Assembly: GCA_964648855.1 (NCBI GenBank)
Contig: CAZYLT010000011.1
Location: forward strand, 2,158 to 66,157
Length of the DNA: 64,000 bases
Direction: 5' to 3'
Origin: an uncultured archaeon
Lineage (GTDB): Archaea > Asgardarchaeota > Thorarchaeia > Thorarchaeales > Thorarchaeaceae
Shown here: positions 29,243 to 38,780 of the stretch, in pieces
How positions within the stretch are numbered: the stretch's first letter is position 1
Layout of the letters: each line of letters begins with the position of its first letter
Made by a program: the position numbers and the translations under genes
Notes under the pieces: generated by a model
Told to the model about the DNA's origin: nothing
What the model saw: only the letters and a program-made list of their open reading frames with translations
Database searches by the model: none

Positions 29243-30592
29243 ATGGAAACCCCATTCCCAATTGAGAAGTCTTTGGGCATCGAGTTGTATAGCACCTCCT
29301 GGTCCGGGCTAGGGGGCTCGATAAAAAAACGGTATGAAGATTTCATTGTGGAAGAGATAACCCCAAGTGGCAAAGTTCTCGAGGTGCTGAATAATCCACA
29401 TTCGCTCCCTCCCATCAACGAACAGGCCCCCAGCAATCCCGAAGATAGCAAGAAACATCTGCATTTTACGGTTCAAAAAATGGGATTGACGACATTTGAT
29501 GTTGCCAATATCCTTGCCAGCTCGCTTGGTATCCCACGTCACTTGGTCACGCATGCTGGGCTAAAAGACAAGAGAGCCATAACTTCGCAACGTATGTGCG
29601 TTCCGGGGAGTCAATTTGAGAGATTGGGGTCAGTCGAACTGTATGATATATGGCTAAGAGATCCTGAATATTCACGAGGGCAGATTCACATCGGAGACCT
29701 CTGGGGAAATCGCTTTGAGATTGTATTGAGAGATATAGAGTCTCCTTGTGAAGGCAGGTTGGATGAAATCAATTCACTGAGAAACACCCCCTTGTTGAAT
29801 TACTACGGCGTCCAGAGATTTGGGGTAGTAAGACCATTTACCCATCTGGTAGGAAAATCACTCGTCAAAAACGACTATGAGCAAGCTATATCCTATATGC
29901 TATCAACTCAAAGCGAGTACGAATCTGAACACGTTACCGCCCTAAGAGAGGAGATTGCCGCTGGAAACTTGGATGAGAATCTTCTGGAAGAACTCCCCAG
30001 TGACTTCCGATACGAGCGTACCGTTATAGAGTATCTAATAGACCACCCAGGTGAATACGAAAAGGCATTTTTCCGCATTCCTTCTCGCATGCAGGCTTTC
30101 TTTGTTCATGCCTACCAATCCTTCATATTCAATCAGCTCATCAGTCTTCGCGCAAAGAGGGGTCTCTCAATAGAAACGCCTCAAATTGGTGATTTCATTG
30201 TTAAGCAAGATATGACTCATAGTGGGCGGGACCATTGGTTGTATGTGAACGAACGAAGTCTAGAAGAGCGAAGACATCTTGTGAGGTCCGGTCGTTATGG
30301 TCTTGCTGCTCACATACCCGGATATTCAACGAAGTTGCCGCCAGGAAAACCCTCTGAAATGTTAAGAGAGATACTGACGAAAGAGGGGGTTCGTCTTATT
30401 GACTTCCGAAATCCTGCACGGAAACAACTCGATTCAGCTGGAGGGCTTCATCTTGTTTCAATAAGAGTTCCCAATCTCAAAGCAGAATGTAAATCCAAGT
30501 CTCTAGTTCTTTCCTTTAGTCTGAAGAAGGGCTCCTATGCAACCATAGTTATGCGGGAATTAATGAAGAATCATCCCATAAACAGGGTCTAA
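29243..30592 (+). CDS. truD: tRNA pseudouridine(13) synthase TruD/Pus7
   Basis: KRYEDFIVEEI, THAGLKDKRAITSQ (catalytic Asp), NYYGVQRFG motifs. Confidence 0.8.
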   Translation: METPFPIEKSLGIELYSTSWSGLGGSIKKRYEDFIVEEITPSGKVLEVLNNPHSLPPINEQAPSNPEDSKKHLHFTVQKMGLTTFDVANILASSLGIPRHLVTHAGLKDKRAITSQRMCVPGSQFERLGSVELYDIWLRDPEYSRGQIHIGDLWGNRFEIVLRDIESPCEGRLDEINSLRNTPLLNYYGVQRFGVVRPFTHLVGKSLVKNDYEQAISYMLSTQSEYESEHVTALREEIAAGNLDENLLEELPSDFRYERTVIEYLIDHPGEYEKAFFRIPSRMQAFFVHAYQSFIFNQLISLRAKRGLSIETPQIGDFIVKQDMTHSGRDHWLYVNERSLEERRHLVRSGRYGLAAHIPGYSTKLPPGKPSEMLREILTKEGVRLIDFRNPARKQLDSAGGLHLVSIRVPNLKAECKSKSLVLSFSLKKGSYATIVMRELMKNHPINRV

Positions 30593-30593
30593 T

Positions 30594-31178
30594 TCATGGA
30601 CGCCGACGAGTGAAATCCATCATTTTTTCTTCATATGCATCGTCGTCTTTTGTTTTCTCTTCCTTCTTCTCACGTTTATCTTGGAACTGGAAAATTACAG
30701 GATCGCCCACTATGGCAGTAGCAATGTTTCTTAGTTGTTCTTTAGAATAGGGAATTCTTTCTCTGTCCTCCGGCCTAAGCATGACTATGCTCTCTTTGAC
30801 ACCAGTTGGCAAATATAGGCTGTTCACTCCAACTTCAACTGCGGGTTTGATGAGTGACCGAATTGCAGCATGAAGCTTGGCTGGCCCTTCTACAATCATT
30901 GTTTCTCCGTATTTCTCTTCAATCTCGCTCATCAAAGCATCATCTGAGGTCAGGACCTTCTTGTTTCCTTTCTTTAAGACGAGAATAAGGAGGTCATCAG
31001 TCTGTATTGCCCTTAGCAACTTGAGTTCTTCGAGGGATGGATAATCCTCTCTCTTCTCCAATAGCCATTTGCAGAAATCAATCTCAAACTTGGTTATTTC
31101 TCCCCTATCAAGTCGGTCTTGGCAGTTTGGACATAACATATCAGTTTCGAGGTCAAATACACAGACTGGTAGTTTCAT
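30594..31178 (-). CDS. hypothetical protein with N-terminal Cys cluster, possible KH-like RNA-binding protein
   Basis: CVFDLETDMLCPNC then mixed alpha/beta region; directly downstream of alba. Confidence 0.25.
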   Translation of the reverse strand: MKLPVCVFDLETDMLCPNCQDRLDRGEITKFEIDFCKWLLEKREDYPSLEELKLLRAIQTDDLLILVLKKGNKKVLTSDDALMSEIEEKYGETMIVEGPAKLHAAIRSLIKPAVEVGVNSLYLPTGVKESIVMLRPEDRERIPYSKEQLRNIATAIVGDPVIFQFQDKREKKEEKTKDDDAYEEKMMDFTRRRP

Positions 31179-31250
31179 TTTCTTCGCCTAGCAAAGCTGT
31201 GACAGCTCAATAGGTCTTCTTAGCCAAGGCAATAAGAAACTTGCCAAAGG

Positions 31251-31655
31251 TCACTTTGAAAGCGTAATCTCTATTGTCGACACATTGAGATCGCTGCCTT
31301 TGTCCGTCTTGACAGTGGTAGTGCCTATGATAATATCAGCAACTTCCAGCTCCTGAATGAATCTATTCCGAGTTATCTCTGCCACATCAACAGCTCTACT
31401 AATCAGTCTCCCTCTGGCCTTTATCTCGACCTCTGTGGCTCCTTTATTGAATAGAGTCACACACGCCAAGACATAGCTCATCACATTCTTAGAACCTACA
31501 AGAACTGTTGAGTCACCGATATCATTGTCTTCGGAACGTTCCGAATTCTTTTCCTCCGCCACGTGAAATCTCTCCACTGGGTAAATCCAGCTCGATATAT
31601 TTAGTTGAGCGTGACTCATATAGATTTCGTTTAATATGGATACAGCGCATACCAT
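31251..31655 (-). CDS. alba: DNA/RNA-binding protein Alba
   Basis: [44 protein letters not shown] matches the Alba core; true start probably downstream of the annotated M. Confidence 0.75.
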   Translation of the reverse strand: MVCAVSILNEIYMSHAQLNISSWIYPVERFHVAEEKNSERSEDNDIGDSTVLVGSKNVMSYVLACVTLFNKGATEVEIKARGRLISRAVDVAEITRNRFIQELEVADIIIGTTTVKTDKGSDLNVSTIEITLSK

Positions 31656-31764
31656 CAGCTCTGACGAAAGATAAGAGAATTAATCTCCCTTTTCCTAGAA
31701 TACGAACCGCATCTTCCTATTTGTCAGGTCACAACACTTTTCTTGATACCCGCGGCGATTTGAA

Positions 31765-33048
31765 TTGGATGTTTACAAATTGGCAGATATTACTTTCTTA
31801 GGAGCCACAAAGGAGATTGGGAAGGCTGGCTATCTTCTAGAAGAACAAGATGAAACCCTTCTAGTTGATTATGGTGTGAAGTTTGGTAACCCACCAACAT
31901 TCCCCGATATGGTTGATACACGCAATCTTCAAGGAGTGGCTCTCACTCATGCACACTTAGATCACACAGGTGGGGCACCATGGATTCTCTCAAAGAATCC
32001 CCAACTCTCATTGCTCTGTACTCCAGCTACACGTGATATAGTTACTCTCCTTGTTCACGATATGTACAAGATTTCGCGAGGAAGGTTACCTTTCTCGAAG
32101 AAGGACTTGGCCCGCGTCAACAGACAGTGCCAACCATTGGCATATGAAGAAACCATGCCCATCGGCCGCCATTATGAAATGACTTTGTTTAATGCCGGTC
32201 ATATCCCCGGAAGTGCCATGGTATCCGTTAGATATGATGGCAAACGTATTCTATTCACAGGCGATTTTAACGCAACCGAATCGAGATTATGTGCTGGAGC
32301 TCGGAACAACCTTCCAAAGCATGACTTTGTTGTTACTGAGAGCACATATGCTAGAAGAATAAATCCCGCCCGTGAGGAGATTGAACAAGACCTTGTAGAT
32401 ACGGTTGTTGAAACTGCCGAGAACGGGGGCACTGTTCTTATCCCTGCGTTTGCTGTGGGCAGAAGTCAAGAGGTTATGTGTATTCTAGAGAATTATGGTG
32501 TACTGGATAATTTTCCAACTCATGTTGATGGTATGGCGAGAGCTGTAAACAAAATTCTCCTCAAACATCCCGAGTATGTTGGAGCTCCCAGAGATTTCGA
32601 AAGTGCCATGAAGAAGACTCATGCGATTCGTAACAATAGGGACCGAAACGCAGCTGTGTCACCTGGAAATATTATCATATCCCCTGCAGGAATGCTCAAG
32701 GGCGGTGCTTCACATATTTATTTCAAGAAGGTTCATGACGATCCTCGGAACGCCATTGTATTGGTGAGTTTTCAAATACCTGGGACGCCTGGGGCCGAGT
32801 TGCTAGCAAAGAACATGGCAACTGTGGGTAACAGGGTGTTCAAGGTCACTGCCAAGGTTCGTTATCACCATCTCAGTAGCCACTCTGATGCAAATGGAAT
32901 GCTGGAAAAGCTATCAGGAATACCCGGAGACCCAGAGTTCTTCCTGATACATGGAGAACCCGAGTCGTGCGAAGCCCTTGCTCAGAAACTGAGAGAACTA
33001 GGACGCAGGGCTACTGTTCCGGAAAGAAATGAAACGTATCAAGTCTAA
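31765..33048 (+). CDS. beta-CASP ribonuclease (aCPSF2 / RNase J-like)
   Basis: ALTHAHLDHTGG MBL motif, beta-CASP motifs, no KH domains, 427 aa. Confidence 0.75.
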   Translation: MDVYKLADITFLGATKEIGKAGYLLEEQDETLLVDYGVKFGNPPTFPDMVDTRNLQGVALTHAHLDHTGGAPWILSKNPQLSLLCTPATRDIVTLLVHDMYKISRGRLPFSKKDLARVNRQCQPLAYEETMPIGRHYEMTLFNAGHIPGSAMVSVRYDGKRILFTGDFNATESRLCAGARNNLPKHDFVVTESTYARRINPAREEIEQDLVDTVVETAENGGTVLIPAFAVGRSQEVMCILENYGVLDNFPTHVDGMARAVNKILLKHPEYVGAPRDFESAMKKTHAIRNNRDRNAAVSPGNIIISPAGMLKGGASHIYFKKVHDDPRNAIVLVSFQIPGTPGAELLAKNMATVGNRVFKVTAKVRYHHLSSHSDANGMLEKLSGIPGDPEFFLIHGEPESCEALAQKLRELGRRATVPERNETYQV

Positions 33049-33266
33049 AGTACTTCAGCCTCTTCAGTAGGTCGAGCCTCAACTACTTGACATTTGATAT
33101 TTTGAAGAATATCCTCGGCCTGTTGAGGTTCAGCCACTAACGTATAGAGATATCTTGTAGTGCGAAGTTTGAGCTTTACCTGCTTGCTGCCCCTCTTAAC
33201 ACGACACTCAGTTGCGTCTTCGCTCATCTCAATGAACTTGTCTATATCGTGGATTTGTTTAGGCAT
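33045..33266 (-). CDS. rpl38e: ribosomal protein eL38
   Basis: MPKQIHDIDKFIE...RYLYTL matches eukaryotic/archaeal L38e (MPKQIHEIKDF...SRYLYTL). Confidence 0.65.
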   Translation of the reverse strand: MPKQIHDIDKFIEMSEDATECRVKRGSKQVKLKLRTTRYLYTLVAEPQQAEDILQNIKCQVVEARPTEEAEVL

Positions 33267-33296
33267 TATTTAGGCCTCTTTGAATTGCTATTTTTG

Positions 33297-33403
33297 TGGT
33301 GGGCCGGGGGCGATTTGAACGCCCGACCTTCGCCGTGTGAAGGCGACGTTTTCTAGCTGACCGGTTAATCCGGCCAGTACATAGCCAACTAGACCACCGG
33401 CCC
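33297..33403 (-). tRNA. tRNA-Val(CAC) with ~30-nt insertion 5' of the anticodon stem
   Basis: rc: GGGCCGG...TCGCC-TTCACAC-GGCGA-AGGTC-GGGCG-TTCAAAT-CGCCC-CCGGCCC-A-CCA; anticodon arm uninterrupted; 50 nt between acceptor and anticodon stems where 19 are expected. Confidence 0.65.
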
Positions 33404-33427
33404 AGACTCTGTCGGCTATATAGTATC

Positions 33428-33586
33428 TCACTGCCTCTTTCGTCTCTTCGGCCGGAGGTCCTTACCTTTGCACTTGCGACACTTTTTTGCCTTGATTGGG
33501 TTTGTAGCTCCACAGTCTCTACAGACTGATTTGTAGAGCAAGTAGTGCTGCGCAAGTCTTCGCTTCTCAATATCGGAAACTGGCAT
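33428..33586 (-). CDS. rpl40e: ribosomal protein L40e (52 aa), not in ORF track
   Basis: [52 protein letters not shown]: C4 zinc ribbon and basic tail typical of stand-alone archaeal L40e. Confidence 0.65.
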   Translation of the reverse strand: MPVSDIEKRRLAQHYLLYKSVCRDCGATNPIKAKKCRKCKGKDLRPKRRKRQ

Positions 33587-33730
33587 TGGTATGACCTCTT
33601 TCTAAGCGTGATGACTCTGTAGTAGTCAGCCCGCTCAGGCCAACCCAGACACTGAGAATTTAAACCTATTCTTTCAGCCGCAAGGATCCCTGAGGGCAGG
33701 AATAACCATTCCGCCACCTAGTATCTTATT

Positions 33731-34600
33731 CTAGACCATCTCATCTAATAATCTGGCAATGTCACTGGGTTTCTTGGCAACCTCGACTCCAGCTTTATTG
33801 AGAGCTTGAATCTTACTAGCTGCCGTCCCAGTGCTACCGCTGATAATGGCTCCTGCATGACCCATCCGCTTTCCCGGTGGAGCAGTTCTGCCAGCTATGA
33901 ACCCTACAACCGGCCTGTCATAATGGTCTTTGATGTAGGCGGCTGCTCTCTCTTCAGCATCGCCACCAATCTCTCCCACCAGAACTAGTGCCTTCGTTTC
34001 TCTATCTTCCTGAAACAGTTTCACCGCCTCAATGGGTGTCAATCCCACGCATGGGTCTCCTCCTAGACCAATAGCTGTTGAAATCCCCAAATCTTCGTTT
34101 GTCATGCCAGCGGCGATTTCATAGGTAAGAGTTCCACTGCGTGACATGAGGCCAACTTCTCCATGCGAGAAGACATGGCCGGGCATTATCCCTAGCTTTT
34201 GTTTTCCTCCTGGCGTGATAATGCCTGGTGTGTTGGGTCCAATCACAGTGACCCCTCTTCTCTTAGCAGCATGAATCACTTTGATCTCGTCTTTCACTGG
34301 AACATGCTCAGTAATCACCACTACGGGATCTAGTTCAGCAGCAATTGCTTCTAGTGCTGCGTCAGCTGCAAAGCGAGCTGGAACAAAGATGACTGAGGAA
34401 TTCACTTCATGATTCTCTTTCGCCTGTTTCACACTGTCATAGACCGGTATACCATGAACTTCCTGTCCAGATCTTCCAGGGGTGACACCAGCAACGACAT
34501 TTGTGCCATACTCTAGCATTGCACCCGCATGGAATGTCCCTTGAGAACCCGTTATCCCTTGAATGAGGACTCTTGTATCTTTATTGACCAGTACTGCCAT
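33731..34600 (-). CDS. sucD: succinyl-CoA synthetase alpha subunit
   Basis: CoA-binding Rossmann (VLIQGITGSQGTFH), phosphohistidine loop MGHAGAIISG. Confidence 0.85.
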   Translation of the reverse strand: MAVLVNKDTRVLIQGITGSQGTFHAGAMLEYGTNVVAGVTPGRSGQEVHGIPVYDSVKQAKENHEVNSSVIFVPARFAADAALEAIAAELDPVVVITEHVPVKDEIKVIHAAKRRGVTVIGPNTPGIITPGGKQKLGIMPGHVFSHGEVGLMSRSGTLTYEIAAGMTNEDLGISTAIGLGGDPCVGLTPIEAVKLFQEDRETKALVLVGEIGGDAEERAAAYIKDHYDRPVVGFIAGRTAPPGKRMGHAGAIISGSTGTAASKIQALNKAGVEVAKKPSDIARLLDEMV

Positions 34601-35755
34601 CTAACTCTCCTCCTTTACTAGTTCAACAACCTTCGCAGCTGCCTCTTCCATCGTTTGCAGGAAGGGAATTCCAGCTTCATTTAGTATCCTCTGCCCTTCT
34701 TCTTCATTCGTTCCAACCATTCTGATTACCAAGGGCACCTCTATTTCCCTTTCTTCTCGTGCAGCAACTATTCCTTTTGCAACCTCATCACAACGGGTTA
34801 TACCTGCCATGATATTGACTAGGATTGCCTCCACTTTGTCATACATCAACGCAATCTCAATGCCTCTCTCAACTCTCTCAGCATCAGCGCCTCCTCCAAG
34901 ATCCAGAAAGGTACTGGCATCTCCTCCATGCAGAGCTACTGCATCAAGAGTTGCCATGGTTAGTCCAGCCCCATTACAGATACAAGCAATGTTACCATCG
35001 AGTTCAACATATGCCATTCCTTCCTGTGAGGCCATTCGTTCACGTTCATTCTGTTCGGCTTGTTTCCTATCGAGCTTGTCAATAAGCTCCCGATGACGAT
35101 AAAGCGCATTGTCATCTATGTTTAGCCTTGCATCTGCGGCAAGAAATTCTCCATCGGTGGTAAGTATGAGCGGATTAATCTCGGTCAGTTCCACATCGTA
35201 TTCCTGGACTATATTCCATAATGTTCTGAAGAATCCAGCAAGCTTGATGATTTGTTTTCCTGAGAATCCCATATCTATCGCCATTTGTTGAGCCTCGTAG
35301 GGCTGAAATCCCATCAAAGGATCTACATGCTTTTTGACGATTTTTTCAGGACTCTCCTCGGCAAGCTCTTCAATTGACATTCCCCCTGCTGAGCTGCCAA
35401 TCACGACATACTTACGTTGATTTCTGTCAATAGTAATTCCTGCATAGATCTCCTGTTCAATGTCAAGTTTCTCTTCAATCAATATCGCTTCAACAGGCAA
35501 ATCATTAATTCTCATCTCAAGTATCTCTTGAGCGTACTTCGCAGCTTCGTCAGGTGTATCGGCAAATTTGATACCTCCAGCCTTTCCTCTTTTACCTGAG
35601 AGTACCTGTGCTTTCACGACTACAGGTTTTCCAATCTCACTGGCAACCTTCTTGGCTTCTGCAGGCGTGGTCGCTACACCCCCAGCAGGAGTTGGCATCT
35701 TAAAAGACCGGAAGATATCCTTTGCTTCATGCTCGAATAGCTTCATCGCTTTCAT
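34601..35755 (-). CDS. sucC: succinyl-CoA synthetase beta subunit (ATP-grasp)
   Basis: MKLFEHEAKDIFRSF...VVKAQVLSGKRGKAGGIKF; start placed at internal MKAMKLFEHE (ORF extends to 35821). Confidence 0.8.
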   Translation of the reverse strand: MKAMKLFEHEAKDIFRSFKMPTPAGGVATTPAEAKKVASEIGKPVVVKAQVLSGKRGKAGGIKFADTPDEAAKYAQEILEMRINDLPVEAILIEEKLDIEQEIYAGITIDRNQRKYVVIGSSAGGMSIEELAEESPEKIVKKHVDPLMGFQPYEAQQMAIDMGFSGKQIIKLAGFFRTLWNIVQEYDVELTEINPLILTTDGEFLAADARLNIDDNALYRHRELIDKLDRKQAEQNERERMASQEGMAYVELDGNIACICNGAGLTMATLDAVALHGGDASTFLDLGGGADAERVERGIEIALMYDKVEAILVNIMAGITRCDEVAKGIVAAREEREIEVPLVIRMVGTNEEEGQRILNEAGIPFLQTMEEAAAKVVELVKEES

Positions 35756-35830
35756 TCCTTCTTGGAGAATGGGGGTTGAGTATTTTGTCCCCCGGGTTAA
35801 GCCGCCTTCGCGAACTGCCACATAAAAAAG

Positions 35831-38062
35831 TTAACTGAAATGGCTAAGTAGACGCATAAACCCTTCCCGTAATGATTGGATCTCTTGCCTTAATTGCTTT
35901 CTCTCTCTGCTCGTCAGCCCAAGAATAATGGAACCGACATAATGAAGTTCCTCAATGACATTCTCCAATATCCCTGGAGAGTCATCCTCACAATATGGGA
36001 TTCCTTTGTCATGATTCTCTTCTGACGAGGCAATCACTCTTCTTACCAAGTCCCTTGGTGCCCCAGTCCGGTCTATAACAACCCGTTCTAAAAGGTCGTT
36101 CAAATTCACTCGCTTCTTTGAGATAGCTTTAGTGACCAGTTTGGCATCTTCGACTGGTACTCCCAGAATCGCAACACTCTCTCCAAGGCTAGTGCATTGG
36201 AGACCGTCTTTTGCCTTTCTGATGAAACTTTCTGATTCAAGATTATCTATAACTTCCAGCCCAGTCAGCGCTTGTTGTACCACGGCAGTGGCATACGTCG
36301 ATGCCTCCGTCTTTAAGGCAGTCCTAATGAACTTCACAATATGCTTGCAGAGCCTATGTCTTTTCGCACCTTGATATTTCCAGGCTTCACATGTACATGA
36401 AATGCCCTCTCCCGCTCTGAGCAAGACATGATGCCATAAATCTCTTGATTGACTATGCACTAGCCCTTCAATTTTGTCTGGGCGTGTACTGACAATCCTA
36501 ACGCTCTTTTCTGGAATCTTCTCTGCCCTCTCACGAGCAGCCTTTGTTGATCTTAGAGCAAGAAGGGTGTCAACTGATGCCTCGGGCTCAATATACCCTT
36601 TCCCAGTCAACTTCGCAGCCGCCCTGTTACTATGTGCCCAGAATGTTCGGTCCAGAATACCAAAGGGATCCGTTTTGTCTCCGAAGGCCGCACATAACTC
36701 TGCAAGAATGAGATCCTGCATGTGTTCGCTCTCATCAAGCATGCTATCCACTTCTCCTGCTCTTGGAGCGATATTACCCACTGGATCTGTGATGAAGTAC
36801 CTATTAATCACACGTGTCTTTTCTGATTCCGAGTCGAGTACAATAATTCCAAATGCTTCAATATCCAGACCCCGTCTTCCTGCAGATCGGAGTATTTTGT
36901 CCAGTTGCCATTCAGATAGCATTGTGAGACCCTGCGTGACCGGTTGTGTCTCCTTTTCCTGCATGAAAACACCGAGTAGAAACACCACTGTGGCTCTCAA
37001 TCCGCTAGCTATGGCGAATTTTGATGGCATAACCAAGACAGGTAGAAGCCTATCCTCCCACGCCTTAGATATGGCACGTCTCTGTGTTCTAGAAACACCC
37101 TGATGAAAGAATGCTATGCCCCTAGAAATTGTCCGTCCAAGACTCTTGGTCATCTTACAATCCTTGTAATGACCAGTGACCTCTTCAGCCAGTTCCCTGA
37201 GTTCATCTCTATGTCCCAGTGTCAAAGGCAGCTCGAGCCTTACACCGCCGTTCTTCCCGACCCCAGCCAAGCCTAAAGCCAAGTGGTTTGCCATATCCCG
37301 ATTCGGAGTCATAATCATGATTTGTCCCCCGCGTCGATGGACGAACTGAGTCAAATCCTTGAGTGACTCGTTCATATTCTCGAATACCTTTACGCTGAAT
37401 ATTCTCTTGACATCCGCCTTTTCATCTACAATCGGAGTTGCATCAAGCCAGGTAACGAGTTCGACCAAATCCTCTACTGGGGGACAAATGGCTATATGTT
37501 GTAGGTCCCGCCCTCTTCGCATAATTGTCACGAGTATTGTTTCAAGGCGGGCACCTAAGTCCGGTTCGCCTATGAGGTCAAGACGCTCCGTGAGCACACA
37601 CTGGATATCATTAAGAATCTCTGGATGAGTGCGAAGAGCAATTCCTAGGGCACTATATGTTGCTACGATAACTCTACCAGTAATCTCCTTAGTATCTAGG
37701 GCGTCCCTTCTTCTCGAAATCATTTTGGCTTCTATGCCCAACCGCGTACAGTGCCTACTCACCGATCTGAATCTTTTCTCAGCCTGATGCGGGTTGGGAG
37801 ACAAGACAATTGCTTTTGTTTTGAAGTTCGATGTCACTCTATGGAGAAGTCCTACCTCGGCTATCTTATATGCCTCATCATAGTCATAGGTAACAAGAAT
37901 TTGACTGTCCCCAATTGAAAGCCCCTCCCGAACAGAGGCTCTTTGGAAATTAGTGAGACTAGCCCAACCTTCTCGCCTCAATATCTCTAGTAGACGAGGC
38001 GAAATCCGAGCTAACTCGAGTTCCCGCAGACTACTCAAATCATATCCACTCCCTGACTTCAA
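35831..38062 (-). CDS. Ski2/Hel308-like pseudo-helicase with C-terminal SWIM zinc finger
   Basis: Hel308-like layout, but Walker A replaced (GDSQILVTYDYDEAYK vs APTGSGKT) and DExH replaced (LTERLDLIGEPDLGARLE vs DEIHLLGDRDRGPVLE); motif VI-like GIAFFHQGVSRTQRRAI retained; C-terminal CTCEAWKYQGAKRHRLCKH = CxC...CxH SWIM pattern. Confidence 0.5.
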   Translation of the reverse strand: MKSGSGYDLSSLRELELARISPRLLEILRREGWASLTNFQRASVREGLSIGDSQILVTYDYDEAYKIAEVGLLHRVTSNFKTKAIVLSPNPHQAEKRFRSVSRHCTRLGIEAKMISRRRDALDTKEITGRVIVATYSALGIALRTHPEILNDIQCVLTERLDLIGEPDLGARLETILVTIMRRGRDLQHIAICPPVEDLVELVTWLDATPIVDEKADVKRIFSVKVFENMNESLKDLTQFVHRRGGQIMIMTPNRDMANHLALGLAGVGKNGGVRLELPLTLGHRDELRELAEEVTGHYKDCKMTKSLGRTISRGIAFFHQGVSRTQRRAISKAWEDRLLPVLVMPSKFAIASGLRATVVFLLGVFMQEKETQPVTQGLTMLSEWQLDKILRSAGRRGLDIEAFGIIVLDSESEKTRVINRYFITDPVGNIAPRAGEVDSMLDESEHMQDLILAELCAAFGDKTDPFGILDRTFWAHSNRAAAKLTGKGYIEPEASVDTLLALRSTKAARERAEKIPEKSVRIVSTRPDKIEGLVHSQSRDLWHHVLLRAGEGISCTCEAWKYQGAKRHRLCKHIVKFIRTALKTEASTYATAVVQQALTGLEVIDNLESESFIRKAKDGLQCTSLGESVAILGVPVEDAKLVTKAISKKRVNLNDLLERVVIDRTGAPRDLVRRVIASSEENHDKGIPYCEDDSPGILENVIEELHYVGSIILGLTSRERKQLRQEIQSLREGFMRLLSHFS

Positions 38063-38270
38063 ATGCGCAAATGCACTTCCAGAGGTGTGTATTCTGTCCT
38101 ATTATCCCTTTTTATGTCAAAACTATCGAAAAATAATCAGAAATTGCCATAATGCGTTACCGGAAGACATTGAGACTGTAAGACATCGTTTGATAAGGTG
38201 TAATTGCATTTTGATTTGCTTTTAGCCAAGTGATAGATATGGAACTAACACGCTCCATCTGCAGTGAGAA

Positions 38271-38513
38271 TTGCTTAAATCAGATGTACTCCACTCCTCT
38301 GGAAAGAAAATTGGTCATATTGATGATCTGACATTCAAATTCGATGGTGCACTGAAGCTGTCCAAGTTCATAATTGCTGGGTCTGTCTTTGAGGAACTCT
38401 TAGAAACATTCGGAGTTCGTCCTGACAAGGATCGCATCTTTGACGCTTCGCTAATAAAGAAAACTGATGGAGAAGAAATTCATCTCAACACCACGACGAA
38501 CAAGTCATACTAA
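38271..38513 (+). CDS. small hypothetical protein, possibly PRC-barrel-like; TTG start
   Basis: SGKKIGHIDDLTFKFDG.LKLSKFII pattern; weak. Confidence 0.2.
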   Translation: MLKSDVLHSSGKKIGHIDDLTFKFDGALKLSKFIIAGSVFEELLETFGVRPDKDRIFDASLIKKTDGEEIHLNTTTNKSY

Positions 38514-38780
38514 GTGATTCTAAGGAAAAATTCGACAAAGCAATGTAAGATGCCCTGAAATCCAAAGAGCAACAATCCACAAAAGATTCAAAGGATGTTA
38601 CACGGGATATCTCTACAGCCCGGCTTTTTGCGCACCTGCCCTACTAGGATCCACAAGAAACTTTTTGCCACAACAATACCTCTATCATATACCAATTGAA
38701 AAGCAATAGATGGTGGATGTAGTATTGTCATCTGAAGTTGGAGAATGTGGTAATTCCAATCTCCTTGAGGACTGAAAGTC

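Noticed and set aside
30594-31178. The 194-aa protein considered as NusA or Spt4
   Set aside because: The Cys spacing and length fit neither (Spt4 ~60 aa, NusA with two KH domains and no N-terminal Cys cluster); it is left as a hypothetical RNA-binding candidate.
4684-33403. Recurring ggatttgaacc / tggtgggcc motifs, considered as a dispersed repeat
   Set aside because: These are the reverse complements of tRNA T-loop/acceptor/CCA segments (GGTTCAAATCC...CCACCA) of three independent tRNA genes, not a repeat family or a CRISPR array.
33259-33717. 152-aa minus-strand ORF in the six-frame track
   Set aside because: It overlaps tRNA-Val (33297..33403) and, in a different frame, the L40e gene (33428..33586). 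The low-complexity Arg/Ser-rich translation is typical of a spurious frame.
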